A stretch of 44,916 nt of DNA from Gammaproteobacteria bacterium (GTDB lineage Bacteria; Pseudomonadota; Gammaproteobacteria; Beggiatoales; Beggiatoaceae): the NCBI GenBank assembly GCA_030632725.1, contig DAOVUF010000001.1:1-44916 (forward strand), written 5' to 3'. Both the position numbers and the translations under genes were made by a program. The notes below the pieces were generated by a model. The model saw only the letters and a list, made by a program, of their open reading frames with translations, ran no database searches and was not told the origin of the DNA. Positions 26,746 through 35,106 of this stretch are shown here, piece by piece (within the stretch, counting starts at the first letter, position 1; each line of letters begins with the position of its first letter).

Positions 26746-29007
26746 ATGGAAATCTATCGCTACCCCCTACTTTGTTGGCAACTGACAAAAGACACTATTT
26801 GTACCCGTTTAGTCGGTACAGAATATGAATTAGTTGGTGTCCAATTACCTAAATTACAGAGCCATCTTGCAGAACATTTGCAACGTGAATATCTTCAGGA
26901 TGACTTCATACCTGATTCCATGCCCGATGCTCGCCTGAAAAAGATTAATGTCAAAGTTCGTCCTGCCTATAGAGAAGAAAGCGGCGTTTTTCCTGCTGGG
27001 CATACCCTCAGTATTCCCGTCGCCGCCGTTTATGGCACGACTGAACATGGTTATTCTGAATGCTATTTGCCTTTATTAGATCAACATTTTTATTTTTACA
27101 AACCAGAGCAATTACGTGCGCTTATTGAATACTTTGCTCGCGATTATTTTAATAATATGACCCCGGAAAGCTTGCACCGTTATCTGATGCTGGGCGATCC
27201 TTGGTTGGAAGAAGTGACTGTCCGCGTCAAGGCGCGTGAGCTTCGTCGGAATATTGAAGAACGCATAGAAATCAACACGTTACAAAAAATCGCCGATAAA
27301 TTCCCACGTAAAACAAAGGGAAATGAAATTGCCCCTGAAACAGCATGGGAGCGCAGCGAGTTGGTCGTCACCCTGCTTGAAAAGCTGGAGAAAGAACGCG
27401 CGAGTGTCGTGCTGATTGGTGAACAAGGGAGTGGTAAGACAGCTATTTTGTTGGAAGCCGCTCGAAAGTTTTTTAGCTTAACCAAGGAACAGCTTGAAGG
27501 TGCTAACTATTTCTGGCGAACGACCCCGCAGCGTATGATTGCAGGCGCGCGTTATCTAGGAGAATGGCAGGAAACTGCTGAAGAACTCATGGAAGAGTTA
27601 CAGCGTACAGGGGATATTTTATGGATCAATAACTTTGTACATCTCTTATCGGTGGGCGGTGAAGGACCAGAAGATTCTATTGCCGCGTTTATGTTACCTA
27701 ATCTCCGTCAAGGGCATTTGCAAATGATTGGTGAATCAACTCAACAGGAGTGGGAACGTATTCGCCAGCGTTTACCCGGATTTGCCGCGCATTTTCATGT
27801 CATCTCTATTCCTAAACTCTCTAAAAAACAAATCTTTAAGATAATGCAGCTTTTCACGGTTTATATTGATAAACAATTACATATTACCATAGAAGAATCT
27901 GCGCTTAACTTAGCTTATCGTTTATTAGATCGTTATTTGCGCTATGAAGCCTTTCCCGGGAAAATCATTAAATTTATGACCAGTTGCGTCAATGAGGTGC
28001 TTGTACAAAATCAAAAACGCATTGATGATGAAAAAGTGCTAACGCAATTTGTTCAAAAAACAGGCTTGCCCCCCTTTTTATTGCGTGATGATATTCCTTT
28101 AGAAACCACCGCCCTGCATGATTATTTTGCCAAACGCATTATTGGTCAAACTCAAGCGATTGAGCGTGTTTGTCAAATTGTGATGATTTTCAAGGCAGGC
28201 TTGAATGATCCTAATAAGCCAATTGCCACTTTATTATTTTCAGGTCCAACAGGGGTAGGCAAAACCGCTTGCGCCCGTACCTTAGCAGAATATTTTTTTG
28301 GACAAGGGCAAACTTTAAATCCACTGATTCGTTTAGATATGAGCGAATTTCAGCATCCCGTGCAAGTTGATCGTTTGTTAGGCAATGGTGATAAGCCCGG
28401 TAAATTGATTCGTGAAGTCAGAGAACGCCCCTTCAGTGTTGTTTTACTGGATGAAATTGAAAAAGCGCACCCGATTTTTTTTGATATGTTACTGAATGTC
28501 ATGGACGAAGGAATACTGGTGGACGGTAATGGGCGAATGACTGATTTTCGCAATGTCATTTTAATTATGACGAGCAATCTTGGTGCGCGACAAAGTAAAC
28601 GTATTAGCTTTGTCAATAAAACGGATGAGAGTGATATAAGTAGCGCGGTGCGTCATTTTTTTCGCCCTGAATTTTATAACCGCATTGATCAAGTCATCCC
28701 TTTCCAAGCCCTCAGCGCGGCAACGGTGGCAGAGATTACCCGTAAAGAATTAATGGCACTCAATAAGCGGGAAGGTTTTCAAGAACGGGGGATTTCTATG
28801 ACATTCACCCCCAAATTGGTTGAACATTTAGCACAAGCTGGTTTTGATCCAGAATATGGTGCCCGCCCATTACAACGCGCTATTGAAAGAGTCGTGATTT
28901 CAAAACTCGCTAAATTTCTTTTGCAACATGAAATTAATGGGGGTAATTTGTTAGTTGATTGGGTGAATAAAGAGGTGAAAATAGAAATCTTCCAGAAAAA
29001 AAATTAA
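26746..29007 (+). CDS. Clp/Hsp100-family double-AAA+ ATPase with an unrecognised ~200-aa N-terminal domain and a degenerate D1 module
   Basis: D1: Walker A GEQGSGKTAIL, but the Walker B position reads ILWINNFVHLL (DE to NN). D2: GPTGVGKT, VVLLDEIEKAH, TSNLG, PEFYNRID, GARPLQRAIE. No Clp-N or M-domain is recognisable. Confidence 0.8.
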   Translation: MEIYRYPLLCWQLTKDTICTRLVGTEYELVGVQLPKLQSHLAEHLQREYLQDDFIPDSMPDARLKKINVKVRPAYREESGVFPAGHTLSIPVAAVYGTTEHGYSECYLPLLDQHFYFYKPEQLRALIEYFARDYFNNMTPESLHRYLMLGDPWLEEVTVRVKARELRRNIEERIEINTLQKIADKFPRKTKGNEIAPETAWERSELVVTLLEKLEKERASVVLIGEQGSGKTAILLEAARKFFSLTKEQLEGANYFWRTTPQRMIAGARYLGEWQETAEELMEELQRTGDILWINNFVHLLSVGGEGPEDSIAAFMLPNLRQGHLQMIGESTQQEWERIRQRLPGFAAHFHVISIPKLSKKQIFKIMQLFTVYIDKQLHITIEESALNLAYRLLDRYLRYEAFPGKIIKFMTSCVNEVLVQNQKRIDDEKVLTQFVQKTGLPPFLLRDDIPLETTALHDYFAKRIIGQTQAIERVCQIVMIFKAGLNDPNKPIATLLFSGPTGVGKTACARTLAEYFFGQGQTLNPLIRLDMSEFQHPVQVDRLLGNGDKPGKLIREVRERPFSVVLLDEIEKAHPIFFDMLLNVMDEGILVDGNGRMTDFRNVILIMTSNLGARQSKRISFVNKTDESDISSAVRHFFRPEFYNRIDQVIPFQALSAATVAEITRKELMALNKREGFQERGISMTFTPKLVEHLAQAGFDPEYGARPLQRAIERVVISKLAKFLLQHEINGGNLLVDWVNKEVKIEIFQKKN

Positions 29008-29048
29008 CACAAATAGAAACAAAGTTTTTTTATATCTTTGCCCTTTTT

Positions 29049-29233
29049 GGAGTACAACGCTTTAGCTTTGTTGCTATCGGAGTACAACGCTTTAGCTTTA
29101 TTGCTATCGGAGTACAACGCTTTAGCTTTTTTCTCGTTCCCAACGTCTTCGTTGGGAATGCAGGATGAATGATGAATGATGAATTAAATCAAGCGTTTAA
29201 AGATAAATTTTAGACATTCATCATTCATCATTA
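29049..29233. repeat. Family A x3 (30-bp period), family G hairpin, small heptamer-TIR element
   Basis: ggagtacaacgctttagctttgttgctatc x3; ctcgttcccaacgtcttcgttgggaatg; gatgaatgatgaatgatgaattaaatcaagcgtttaaagataaattttagacattcatcattcatcatt. Confidence 0.85.
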
Positions 29234-29294
29234 GTATTATTTCCGTATAAATCAGTATATAATAGCACTCATTTTTATATAAGGAAAACAGGTT

Positions 29295-29570
29295 ATGGAA
29301 ATTGTTCAATCAAGACACATTCTTCAAACACTTGATCGACTTATCGGCGAGATGAATACACTTCGTAGTCAAGTCCTCGCGTCTTTAGACGATTCTTATT
29401 CTAAAACAAGGGGTTCCGTGCGAGATGCAGAATATTTTGGTATGTGGGCAAATCGTTTCGAGGCTAAAGTTTTTTCTTTAAAAAACTTTAGCCTCGAAGA
29501 TATGCCTGAAGGTTCATCAAGAGCATGGCTTGAACAATTGCGTTCGACACAGTGGAGCCGCTCATTATGA
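29295..29570 (+). CDS. PIN-associated (VapB-type) antitoxin-like protein carrying an in-frame 42-nt family D insertion
   Basis: The C-terminal pattern AEYFGMWANR...DMPEGSSRAWLEQLRSTQW is typical of antitoxins paired with PIN toxins. ATGA overlap with a PIN fragment. Residues FEAKVFSLKNFSLE are encoded by the hairpin element. Confidence 0.6.
   Translation: MEIVQSRHILQTLDRLIGEMNTLRSQVLASLDDSYSKTRGSVRDAEYFGMWANRFEAKVFSLKNFSLEDMPEGSSRAWLEQLRSTQWSRSL
29457..29498. mobile_element. Family D palindromic element inserted in frame (14 codons) in the antitoxin ORF
   Basis: ttcgaggctaaagttttttctttaaaaaactttagcctcgaa. Exactly 42 nt, starting on a codon boundary (29457-29295 = 162). Confidence 0.8.
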
Positions 29571-29635
29571 CTGGAAAACTACTTGATACAACGGTACTCA
29601 TTGATTTATTTAGAGGTAATGAAAAAGCCAGGTAG
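29567..29635 (+). pseudogene. vapC: VapC (PIN) toxin fragment, 22 codons
   Basis: MTGKLLDTTVLIDLFRGNEKAR* is a PIN N-terminal motif (LLDTxVLID). The frame ends at the junction with repeat DNA (aggTAGggtaagc). Confidence 0.7.
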
Positions 29636-29687
29636 GGTAAGCAAACTTTGTGTGCAATGGCATTCCATTAATCATCAATCTCGTGTT

Positions 29688-29823
29688 GGTGGGCAACCAC
29701 GTTGCCCACCCTACATGGCTTTGTTGCTGGAGTACAACGCTTTAGCTTTGTTGCTATTGGAGTACAACGCTTTAGCTTTGTCAGTCCGTCCAAAAAACAC
29801 CCAAAGCTGAAGCGTTGGACTCC
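29688..29823. repeat. Family C2 half-element plus family A x3
   Basis: ggtgggcaaccacgttgcccaccctacatgg; ggagtacaacgctttagctttg x2; cccaaagctgaagcgttggactcc. Track ORFs 29583..29810, 29668..29862 and 29702..29902 translate these repeats. Confidence 0.85.
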
Positions 29824-29947
29824 AATTTTAATTCTTAATTCGCATTGGAATCTTAAATTCATCAGATGGGAACGAGAAAAATTAAATTTTATTTTACTTT
29901 GACTTTATCCCTGTTTATATTTAATCCCTGTAGTTATTAGCGGAGTA

Positions 29948-30220
29948 ATGACAATGAATACACAACTACATTCCTTGATTGACACAGCCTTGAAACTCGA
30001 ACCGCTTGAACAATTAGGACTGATTCAAGCGATTTCTCAATCATTACAACACAATTATTTCTCATCCAAGAGCCATTTTGGGCAATCTAAAACCACGCCA
30101 AGCCAACCCGTAAAAAATATTGCTGATTTAAGGGCTGATTTTTGGCCTTCAGAAGAATCTGCTGATGATATTATTAAATATACTTACCAACAACGGTACG
30201 AAGAATGCTTACAAAAATAA
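29948..30220 (+). CDS. Antitoxin-like protein of a second VapBC-type module
   Basis: 90 aa. The C-terminal LRADFWPSEESADDIIKYTYQQR pattern is typical of PIN-partner antitoxins. It overlaps the PIN ORF by 16 nt. Confidence 0.6.
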   Translation: MTMNTQLHSLIDTALKLEPLEQLGLIQAISQSLQHNYFSSKSHFGQSKTTPSQPVKNIADLRADFWPSEESADDIIKYTYQQRYEECLQK

Positions 30221-30404
30221 TAGAAAGTGTTCTACTTGATACGAATATCGTTTCTTTTTTGTTAAAAGGGGATACTCGTGCTCAAGATTACGAAGTCTAT
30301 TTACAAAACCGGACTTTGACCATTTCGGTGATGACGGTTGCGGAATTGTTTCAATGGGCTGCTATTCGGAACTGGGGAGAGCGTCGCGTAAGCCAATTAG
30401 TAGA
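30205..30404 (+). pseudogene. vapC: VapC (PIN) toxin truncated after ~67 codons by a family C element
   Basis: MLTKIIESVLLDTNIVSFLLKGD...RRVSQLVD, then the frame runs into gtagggtgggtaggagcgaag (translated VGWVGAKRK...). The later PIN acidic residues are missing. Confidence 0.75.
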
Positions 30405-30484
30405 TGTAGGGTGGGTAGGAGCGAAGCGGAAACCCACCGTTCGTTGGAAAATGGTGGGTTTCCACTTCGCTCCTACCCACCCTA
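30405..30484. repeat. Family C palindromic element
   Basis: gtagggtgggtaggagcgaagcggaaacccacc...ggtgggtttccacttcgctcctacccaccctac. Confidence 0.9.
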
Positions 30485-30488
30485 CGCT

Positions 30489-30693
30489 TCAATGCCATTA
30501 AGTTAAGTCTTGGAGTCCAAACCTTTAGATTTGGAAGTATTCGAGGTTTGAGTTTTTTTGAAAAAAAAACTCAAACCTCGAATTGATTTTAAACGACATA
30601 ATCAAAATCTGAAGGATTCGAGGTTTGAGTTTTTTGAAGAAAAATTCAAACCTCGAATGGATTCCAAGAAATATTCCTTAACTTAATGGTAGT
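30489..30693. mobile_element. Family H MITE (205 bp, carrying family A-like and two family D units) with 11-bp target-site duplication ACCCTACGCTT
   Basis: caatgccattaagttaag ... cttaacttaatggtagtg. accctacgctt at 30478-30488 and 30694-30704. The target spans the end of the family C element, so H inserted after C. Confidence 0.88.
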
Positions 30694-30699
30694 GACCCT

Positions 30700-30783
30700 A
30701 CGCTTGCTAAGTACTACTTGCCAGCCAAATTTTGTAAAAACCTGCACAACCTTTTGTCCACTGAATCGAGGTAAAGAAGGCAT
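30700..30783 (-). pseudogene. hicA: HicA toxin fragment (~27 codons)
   Basis: TAATG overlap with the hicB stop. MPSLPRFSGQKVVQVFTKFGWQVVLSK is a HicA/YcfA-like N-terminus. It is then interrupted by repeat DNA before the GSH catalytic region. Confidence 0.65.
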
Positions 30784-30989
30784 TAGATAGTTACCTCCAA
30801 CCGTTGAGTTTCAACTGTCAATGGTAATCCTTGTTCGGCTCTAACTTCTAAACAAAGTGCGATGGCTTCTTGAATATTTTTTAGTGCTTCAATTTTTGTA
30901 TGACCTTGACTAATACAGCCATGAATGGCGGGACATTCAACTATCCAAACACCATCTTCGTCACGGTCAATAGTGACTTGAAATTTCAT
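30783..30989 (-). CDS. hicB: HicB-family antitoxin (UPF0150 fold)
   Basis: MKFQVTIDRDEDGVWIVECPAIHGCISQGHTKIEALKNIQEAIALCLE is the classic short HicB. Confidence 0.8.
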   Translation of the reverse strand: MKFQVTIDRDEDGVWIVECPAIHGCISQGHTKIEALKNIQEAIALCLEVRAEQGLPLTVETQRLEVTI

Positions 30990-31453
30990 GATTTTGTTCT
31001 TGAGTAGAATTTTAATCTTGATGGTTAATCTGGTTTAAATTCATCTGGGCAACTTTGGTGCAGCGGCGAAACGTTAAGGCATCACGATATTTACCAGATA
31101 TGACGTTTATGCCGTTGCCCACCACGTTTGCCCACCCTACATGGCTATCGGCTTTCCTGACTCGCAGCGAGTGAGAAACCCTATTCTTCCTTTAGGAACA
31201 ATCATAAAATAACTTGTATTTTTAGAAACTTGGTTTCTCATCATTAATTTGTACAAGTTATTTTTGTTTCGTTCATTATCATTTTTTATATTATATACCG
31301 ATTGAAAAGTTTAAGCAAATCCTTTAGCAAACCAAAAAGCAAGCAAAAAAATACCAACCTTCTTAAAATGGCTTATCATAAAGGTAAACGATTAATTCAC
31401 CCACTTTTTTAGTTGGTATAAAATTGGTCTTCATCCCCCGTTCCTAAAAAAAA

Positions 31454-31482
31454 TTGACCATTATTGGGGAAAAATGTATAAT
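31454..31482 (+). promoter_or_regulatory. Near-consensus sigma70 promoter for the 31556-34024 operon
   Basis: TTGACC (31454-31459), 17-nt spacer, TATAAT (31477-31482). SD AAGGAGA 7 nt before the ATG at 31556. Confidence 0.65.
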
Positions 31483-31555
31483 ATCATCCAATAATTTTGG
31501 CAACAATTTGGAATTTTAAAAATAGGTATTTAGGAATGTATATAAGGAGAACTTT

Positions 31556-32047
31556 ATGAAAAGAAATTTGAAGTCAGCAATCTCAAAGGGATTGTTACCC
31601 TTTGGAATGGCAATTGGACTCTCTTTGTCGTCGGGGATGGCAGCTGCCGTTGGAGAAATAACGGTTGTTGCAAATGACACCCTTATTAAACAGGGAGAAG
31701 AATTGAGTGCTATTGTCGCGCTTAATGGTGATGGTCGTTATGATGTTTATGTCGGCTTAACGGGTGGTATTTTGAATACTTATATTTTTGCATTTGATGC
31801 AAATGGTGGATTAATACTCTGGGACGGAAAAGGATCACCAGCAAAGCTCAGGGAGAATGTAGATTTAGCCAGCTTGTCCGTCAAGGATAAGGTGATTAAA
31901 CTATTTCCTAGATTGCCACTCAGTAGCGATTTGGCGGGGACTTATTCAATTTACGCCGTTCTAAGTGCGCCTGGTCAATTTCAACAACAACTTCAAGAGG
32001 GTACCCTGATTTTTGGTGAGCCCCTCAAATTTGAAGTAGTCGAATAG
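31556..32047 (+). CDS. 163-aa secreted protein, unknown function
   Basis: Signal peptide ...GLSLSSGMAAA/VGE. Strong SD. 9 nt upstream of the next gene. Confidence 0.7.
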   Translation: MKRNLKSAISKGLLPFGMAIGLSLSSGMAAAVGEITVVANDTLIKQGEELSAIVALNGDGRYDVYVGLTGGILNTYIFAFDANGGLILWDGKGSPAKLRENVDLASLSVKDKVIKLFPRLPLSSDLAGTYSIYAVLSAPGQFQQQLQEGTLIFGEPLKFEVVE

Positions 32048-32056
32048 GAGAAACGA

Positions 32057-34024
32057 ATGATGATGAAAACTTGGTTATTTCTACTGCTGCTTATATCAAA
32101 TTTGGTGGTAGCCGCTCCCACATATGATTGGCCATCAGAAACAAATGTGGTAATAAGTCGCCCTACTACCAGTGAAAATATCACCATTACAGAAGGTGGC
32201 GACGAGGTTTTTCAGGCTGAGGGTGGTAAAGGTACCTATAATTGGACAACCTCCAAAGGTAGTTTTTTGCTAGATGCACATGGAAATCCTGTTACAATTA
32301 TGGCAGGAAATCCTGTAATATACACGGCACCACAATGTGGTAACTGTTCCGATTTTGTCACTGTTACCGATGCTTATGGTGACCGTGACACTACTTATAT
32401 TTCGGTAGTAGTACCAAATGTTCCCACCTCATGTACCATTTCTCCGACGAAAGCGAGTTTATCTCCCGGTGAGGAAAAGGAATTTGAGCTATTTGGTAAC
32501 AACAATACAGTAATTTGGACAGTGGATAATGGTGGTGAAATTGAAGAACGGGGTAAAAAAGCCACCTTTAAGGCGGGTGCTGTTGGCACTTATCATATCA
32601 CTGGCACCGATATGTATGATTCCAAATGTAGTGCGACGGCCACTATTAATGTGGAGACAAACTGCTACATCACTCCGCAAGCACCTGTAGTACAGGTCGA
32701 TAGTGAACAACAATTTGATATGGTCGGCAGTGATTGTGATGATATTTATTGGCTTGCCCAAATGGGTACGATAGATCAAGATGGTAGGTATAAAGCGCCA
32801 GTTATTCCGGGTGAATATGATATCACGGCTATAGTGAATACGACGGGTTATTCTGAAACGGTTAAGATAACAGTTACACCAGAATGTTTGGTTAAACCGC
32901 AAAATATTCATTTACAGCCTGGCGCATCTAAGTTTATTACAATCATATCTGGGAACAAACCTTATATTGTTTCAGCAGAAAAGGCTGAGATCGAAAAATC
33001 TTCTTCAGAAGATGTTTTTGAATATGTAGCTAGCAATCAAACAGGCGATGATACTGTTACAATTTGTTGTGGTAACACGATGCAAGAAGAATGCTCTAAA
33101 GTATCCGTTTCCGTAGAAAAAATGTATGTTGACTTGCTTAAAGTAGTGGAAATCAATAATACCTATGAATTTGAAGTAACCGGTGGTAAAGCCGAATATC
33201 ATGCTCAAGCTGATTTTGGCACAATTGATTTTGGTTCTTATGGTAAGCACAGTGGGAAAGGTACATACACAGCACCAGAGCATGAAACGACAGATACTAT
33301 TACAATACGTGATAGTGTCAATAATACTGTGATGAAATCAGTTGAAGTAAGAAATTATATTTCGCCAATTATTTCACCTAGTACAGTCCACGCCGTAGCA
33401 CTAGATGAGGTTTTAGATTTTTCAGTAGTTGGCGGTATAACTCCATTTACGTGGAACTATACAGGTAGAGAGATAGTACCTAATTCTCGCAATGCGACGA
33501 TAACCGTAAAGGGATCAATTGGTACATATCACTTATCTGTAACAGATGGACGCGGAAAAGAGTCAGAAAAAGTCGCTATTCCTGTCACTTTATCGCTGAT
33601 GATTTCTCCTAAAGAATATACGATTTATAAGGGAGAATCAGACAAAGCAAAAATACGGTTTGATATATCAGGTGGTGCTGGTGTTTGCGAGTGGATTTCA
33701 GATAAAATCCAGATAAACGAAGATGGCAAAGACGATAACAACGATTACTATGTAAACGATTACTATATAATCGTTGAACCACAGATCAAAGATAGGCCAG
33801 TTGGTACACAATATAAAGTGACCTGTCGTGATCAAAATGGTAAAGAAGCAACTGCTATAATCACTGTAGCTAAATTAACGTTTGACTCAGACAACGATGG
33901 TTTGATGAATTCTGATGAAACCCAAAGAGCTATTAATCAATTCTTTGTAGATCGTGCAGAAGAACTAATAAACAAAATGGATGGAGAGGAATTGTTCCAC
34001 CATTTAGACAATTTTTTACAATAG
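32057..34024 (+). CDS. 655-aa secreted protein with ~7 Ig-like (Big-type) repeats and a C-terminal EF-hand/dockerin-like Ca-binding loop
   Basis: Signal peptide MMMKTWLFLLLLISNLVVA. Repeated ~85-aa units starting I(S/T)P... and ending ...(I/V)xV. The 12-residue loop DSDNDGLMNSDE (33884-33919) fits DxDxDGxhxxxE. Confidence 0.75.
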   Translation: MMMKTWLFLLLLISNLVVAAPTYDWPSETNVVISRPTTSENITITEGGDEVFQAEGGKGTYNWTTSKGSFLLDAHGNPVTIMAGNPVIYTAPQCGNCSDFVTVTDAYGDRDTTYISVVVPNVPTSCTISPTKASLSPGEEKEFELFGNNNTVIWTVDNGGEIEERGKKATFKAGAVGTYHITGTDMYDSKCSATATINVETNCYITPQAPVVQVDSEQQFDMVGSDCDDIYWLAQMGTIDQDGRYKAPVIPGEYDITAIVNTTGYSETVKITVTPECLVKPQNIHLQPGASKFITIISGNKPYIVSAEKAEIEKSSSEDVFEYVASNQTGDDTVTICCGNTMQEECSKVSVSVEKMYVDLLKVVEINNTYEFEVTGGKAEYHAQADFGTIDFGSYGKHSGKGTYTAPEHETTDTITIRDSVNNTVMKSVEVRNYISPIISPSTVHAVALDEVLDFSVVGGITPFTWNYTGREIVPNSRNATITVKGSIGTYHLSVTDGRGKESEKVAIPVTLSLMISPKEYTIYKGESDKAKIRFDISGGAGVCEWISDKIQINEDGKDDNNDYYVNDYYIIVEPQIKDRPVGTQYKVTCRDQNGKEATAIITVAKLTFDSDNDGLMNSDETQRAINQFFVDRAEELINKMDGEELFHHLDNFLQ

Positions 34025-34047
34025 CGAGCGTCGCATCTGCCAAAGCT

Positions 34048-34305
34048 AGAAATCCGATTTTTGGAAAAAATCGGATTTCTTGATTCGCCAAAGTCACAAA
34101 CCTTAAATTTGCCTAAACGAGTTTTCTCGTTCCCAACGTTTTCATTGAATTGAAACCTCTGAGGTTTTAAAAACCTCAGAGGTTTTTTTTTCTTGTTCCA
34201 ATAACGATAAAAATAATTCAGAAACCAAGTTTTTTCAAAAAACTGACCGTTTCTTTCCGTAATTGAAACCTCTGAGGTTTTTAAAACCTCAGAGGTTTTT
34301 TTTTT
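34048..34305. repeat. Cluster of family F, G and E (x2) hairpin elements
   Basis: agaaatccgatttttggaaaaaatcggatttct; ctcgttcccaacgttttc; gaaacctctgaggttttaaaaacctcagaggttttt; a second E copy at 34264-34305. The track ORF 33937..34395 is an artefact. Confidence 0.85.
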
Positions 34306-34309
34306 CTCG

Positions 34310-34660
34310 TTACATGGCGACACTGGCGACGTGATGTAATTCAATAGGTGTGACATGAAGTTCACTAGAACGCTGTCGAATTGGCCAAAGATCAAAGGCG
34401 TTTTGTAACCTTTCGAGGTTTTAGTTTTTCTTCAAAAAACTAAAACCTCGAAACCAATGGGCGGCGTTAGGTTTTCCAAATGTCATTTCAAGCCGTAAAG
34501 CTATCTCAGGTGTCACTACAGCACGTCCCTTGAGTATCTTGGAAAGTGTTTTCGTACTAATATCCATAAGATGAGCTACTTCAGTGATGGACAGTTCCAA
34601 AGGTTCAATCACCAACTCCTTAAGAATTTTGCCGGGATGGGCAGGGTTATACATACTCAT
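34310..34660 (-). pseudogene. higA: HigA (XRE-HTH) antitoxin split by a 39-nt family D element
   Basis: The N-terminal part MSMYNPAHPGKILKELVIEPLELSITEVAHLMDISTKTLSKILKGRAVVTPEIALRLEMTFGKPNAAHW ends in the hairpin (a stop lies inside it). Deleting 34413-34451 restores ...HWLRLQNAFDLWPIRQRSSELHVTPIELHHVASVAM* (103 aa). Confidence 0.8.
34413..34451. mobile_element. Family D palindromic element inside higA
   Basis: tcgaggttttagtttttcttcaaaaaactaaaacctcga (39 nt). Confidence 0.85.
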
Positions 34661-34672
34661 TGTGTTACCTCA

Positions 34673-34909
34673 TTAATGGTAATCCTCGTAATTGACTATT
34701 TCGGCATCGTGGTTAATGAAACGGAACGTCACACGCCAGTTACCACTGACCTTAACCGCCCAAACGCCTTTGCGATTACCTTTCAATTCATGCAACATAA
34801 GACCTGGCAAATCCATCTCTTCAGGACTTTCTGCTTGATCCAAATTTGAAAGAATTAATCTCAGTCGTTTGGCGTGTTTTGCTTGAATACCCGCTTTGCT
34901 GCCAGTTAT
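34673..34909 (-). pseudogene. higB: HigB (RelE/ParE-superfamily killer protein) lacking its first ~16 codons
   Basis: ...TGSKAGIQAKHAKRLRLILSNLDQAESPEEMDLPGLMLHELKGNRKGVWAVKVSGNWRVTFRFINHDAEIVNYEDYH*. The 5' end is replaced by family C2 DNA starting at 34910. The stop is 12 nt before the higA ATG. Confidence 0.75.
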
Positions 34910-35101
34910 GTAGGGTGGGCAAAGTCCTTTTCTTGCCCACCTTTCTCATTAAAAAAGTTATGTAGGGTAGGCAAAGTCCTTTTCGTGCAACGGCTTCCTC
35001 ATTAAAAAGTGGTGTGCAACCACGTTGCCCACCCTACATGGCTATAATCTTGCTTCTCAGATAATTGAATGGTGGGCAACCAAAAGACGTTGCCCACCCT
35101 A
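34908..35101. repeat. Cluster of 4 family C2 units
   Basis: atgtagggtgggcaaagtccttttcttgcccacc; a degenerate copy; ggtgtgcaaccacgttgcccaccctacatgg; ggtgggcaaccaaaagacgttgcccaccctac. Confidence 0.85.
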
Positions 35102-35106
35102 CTCGG

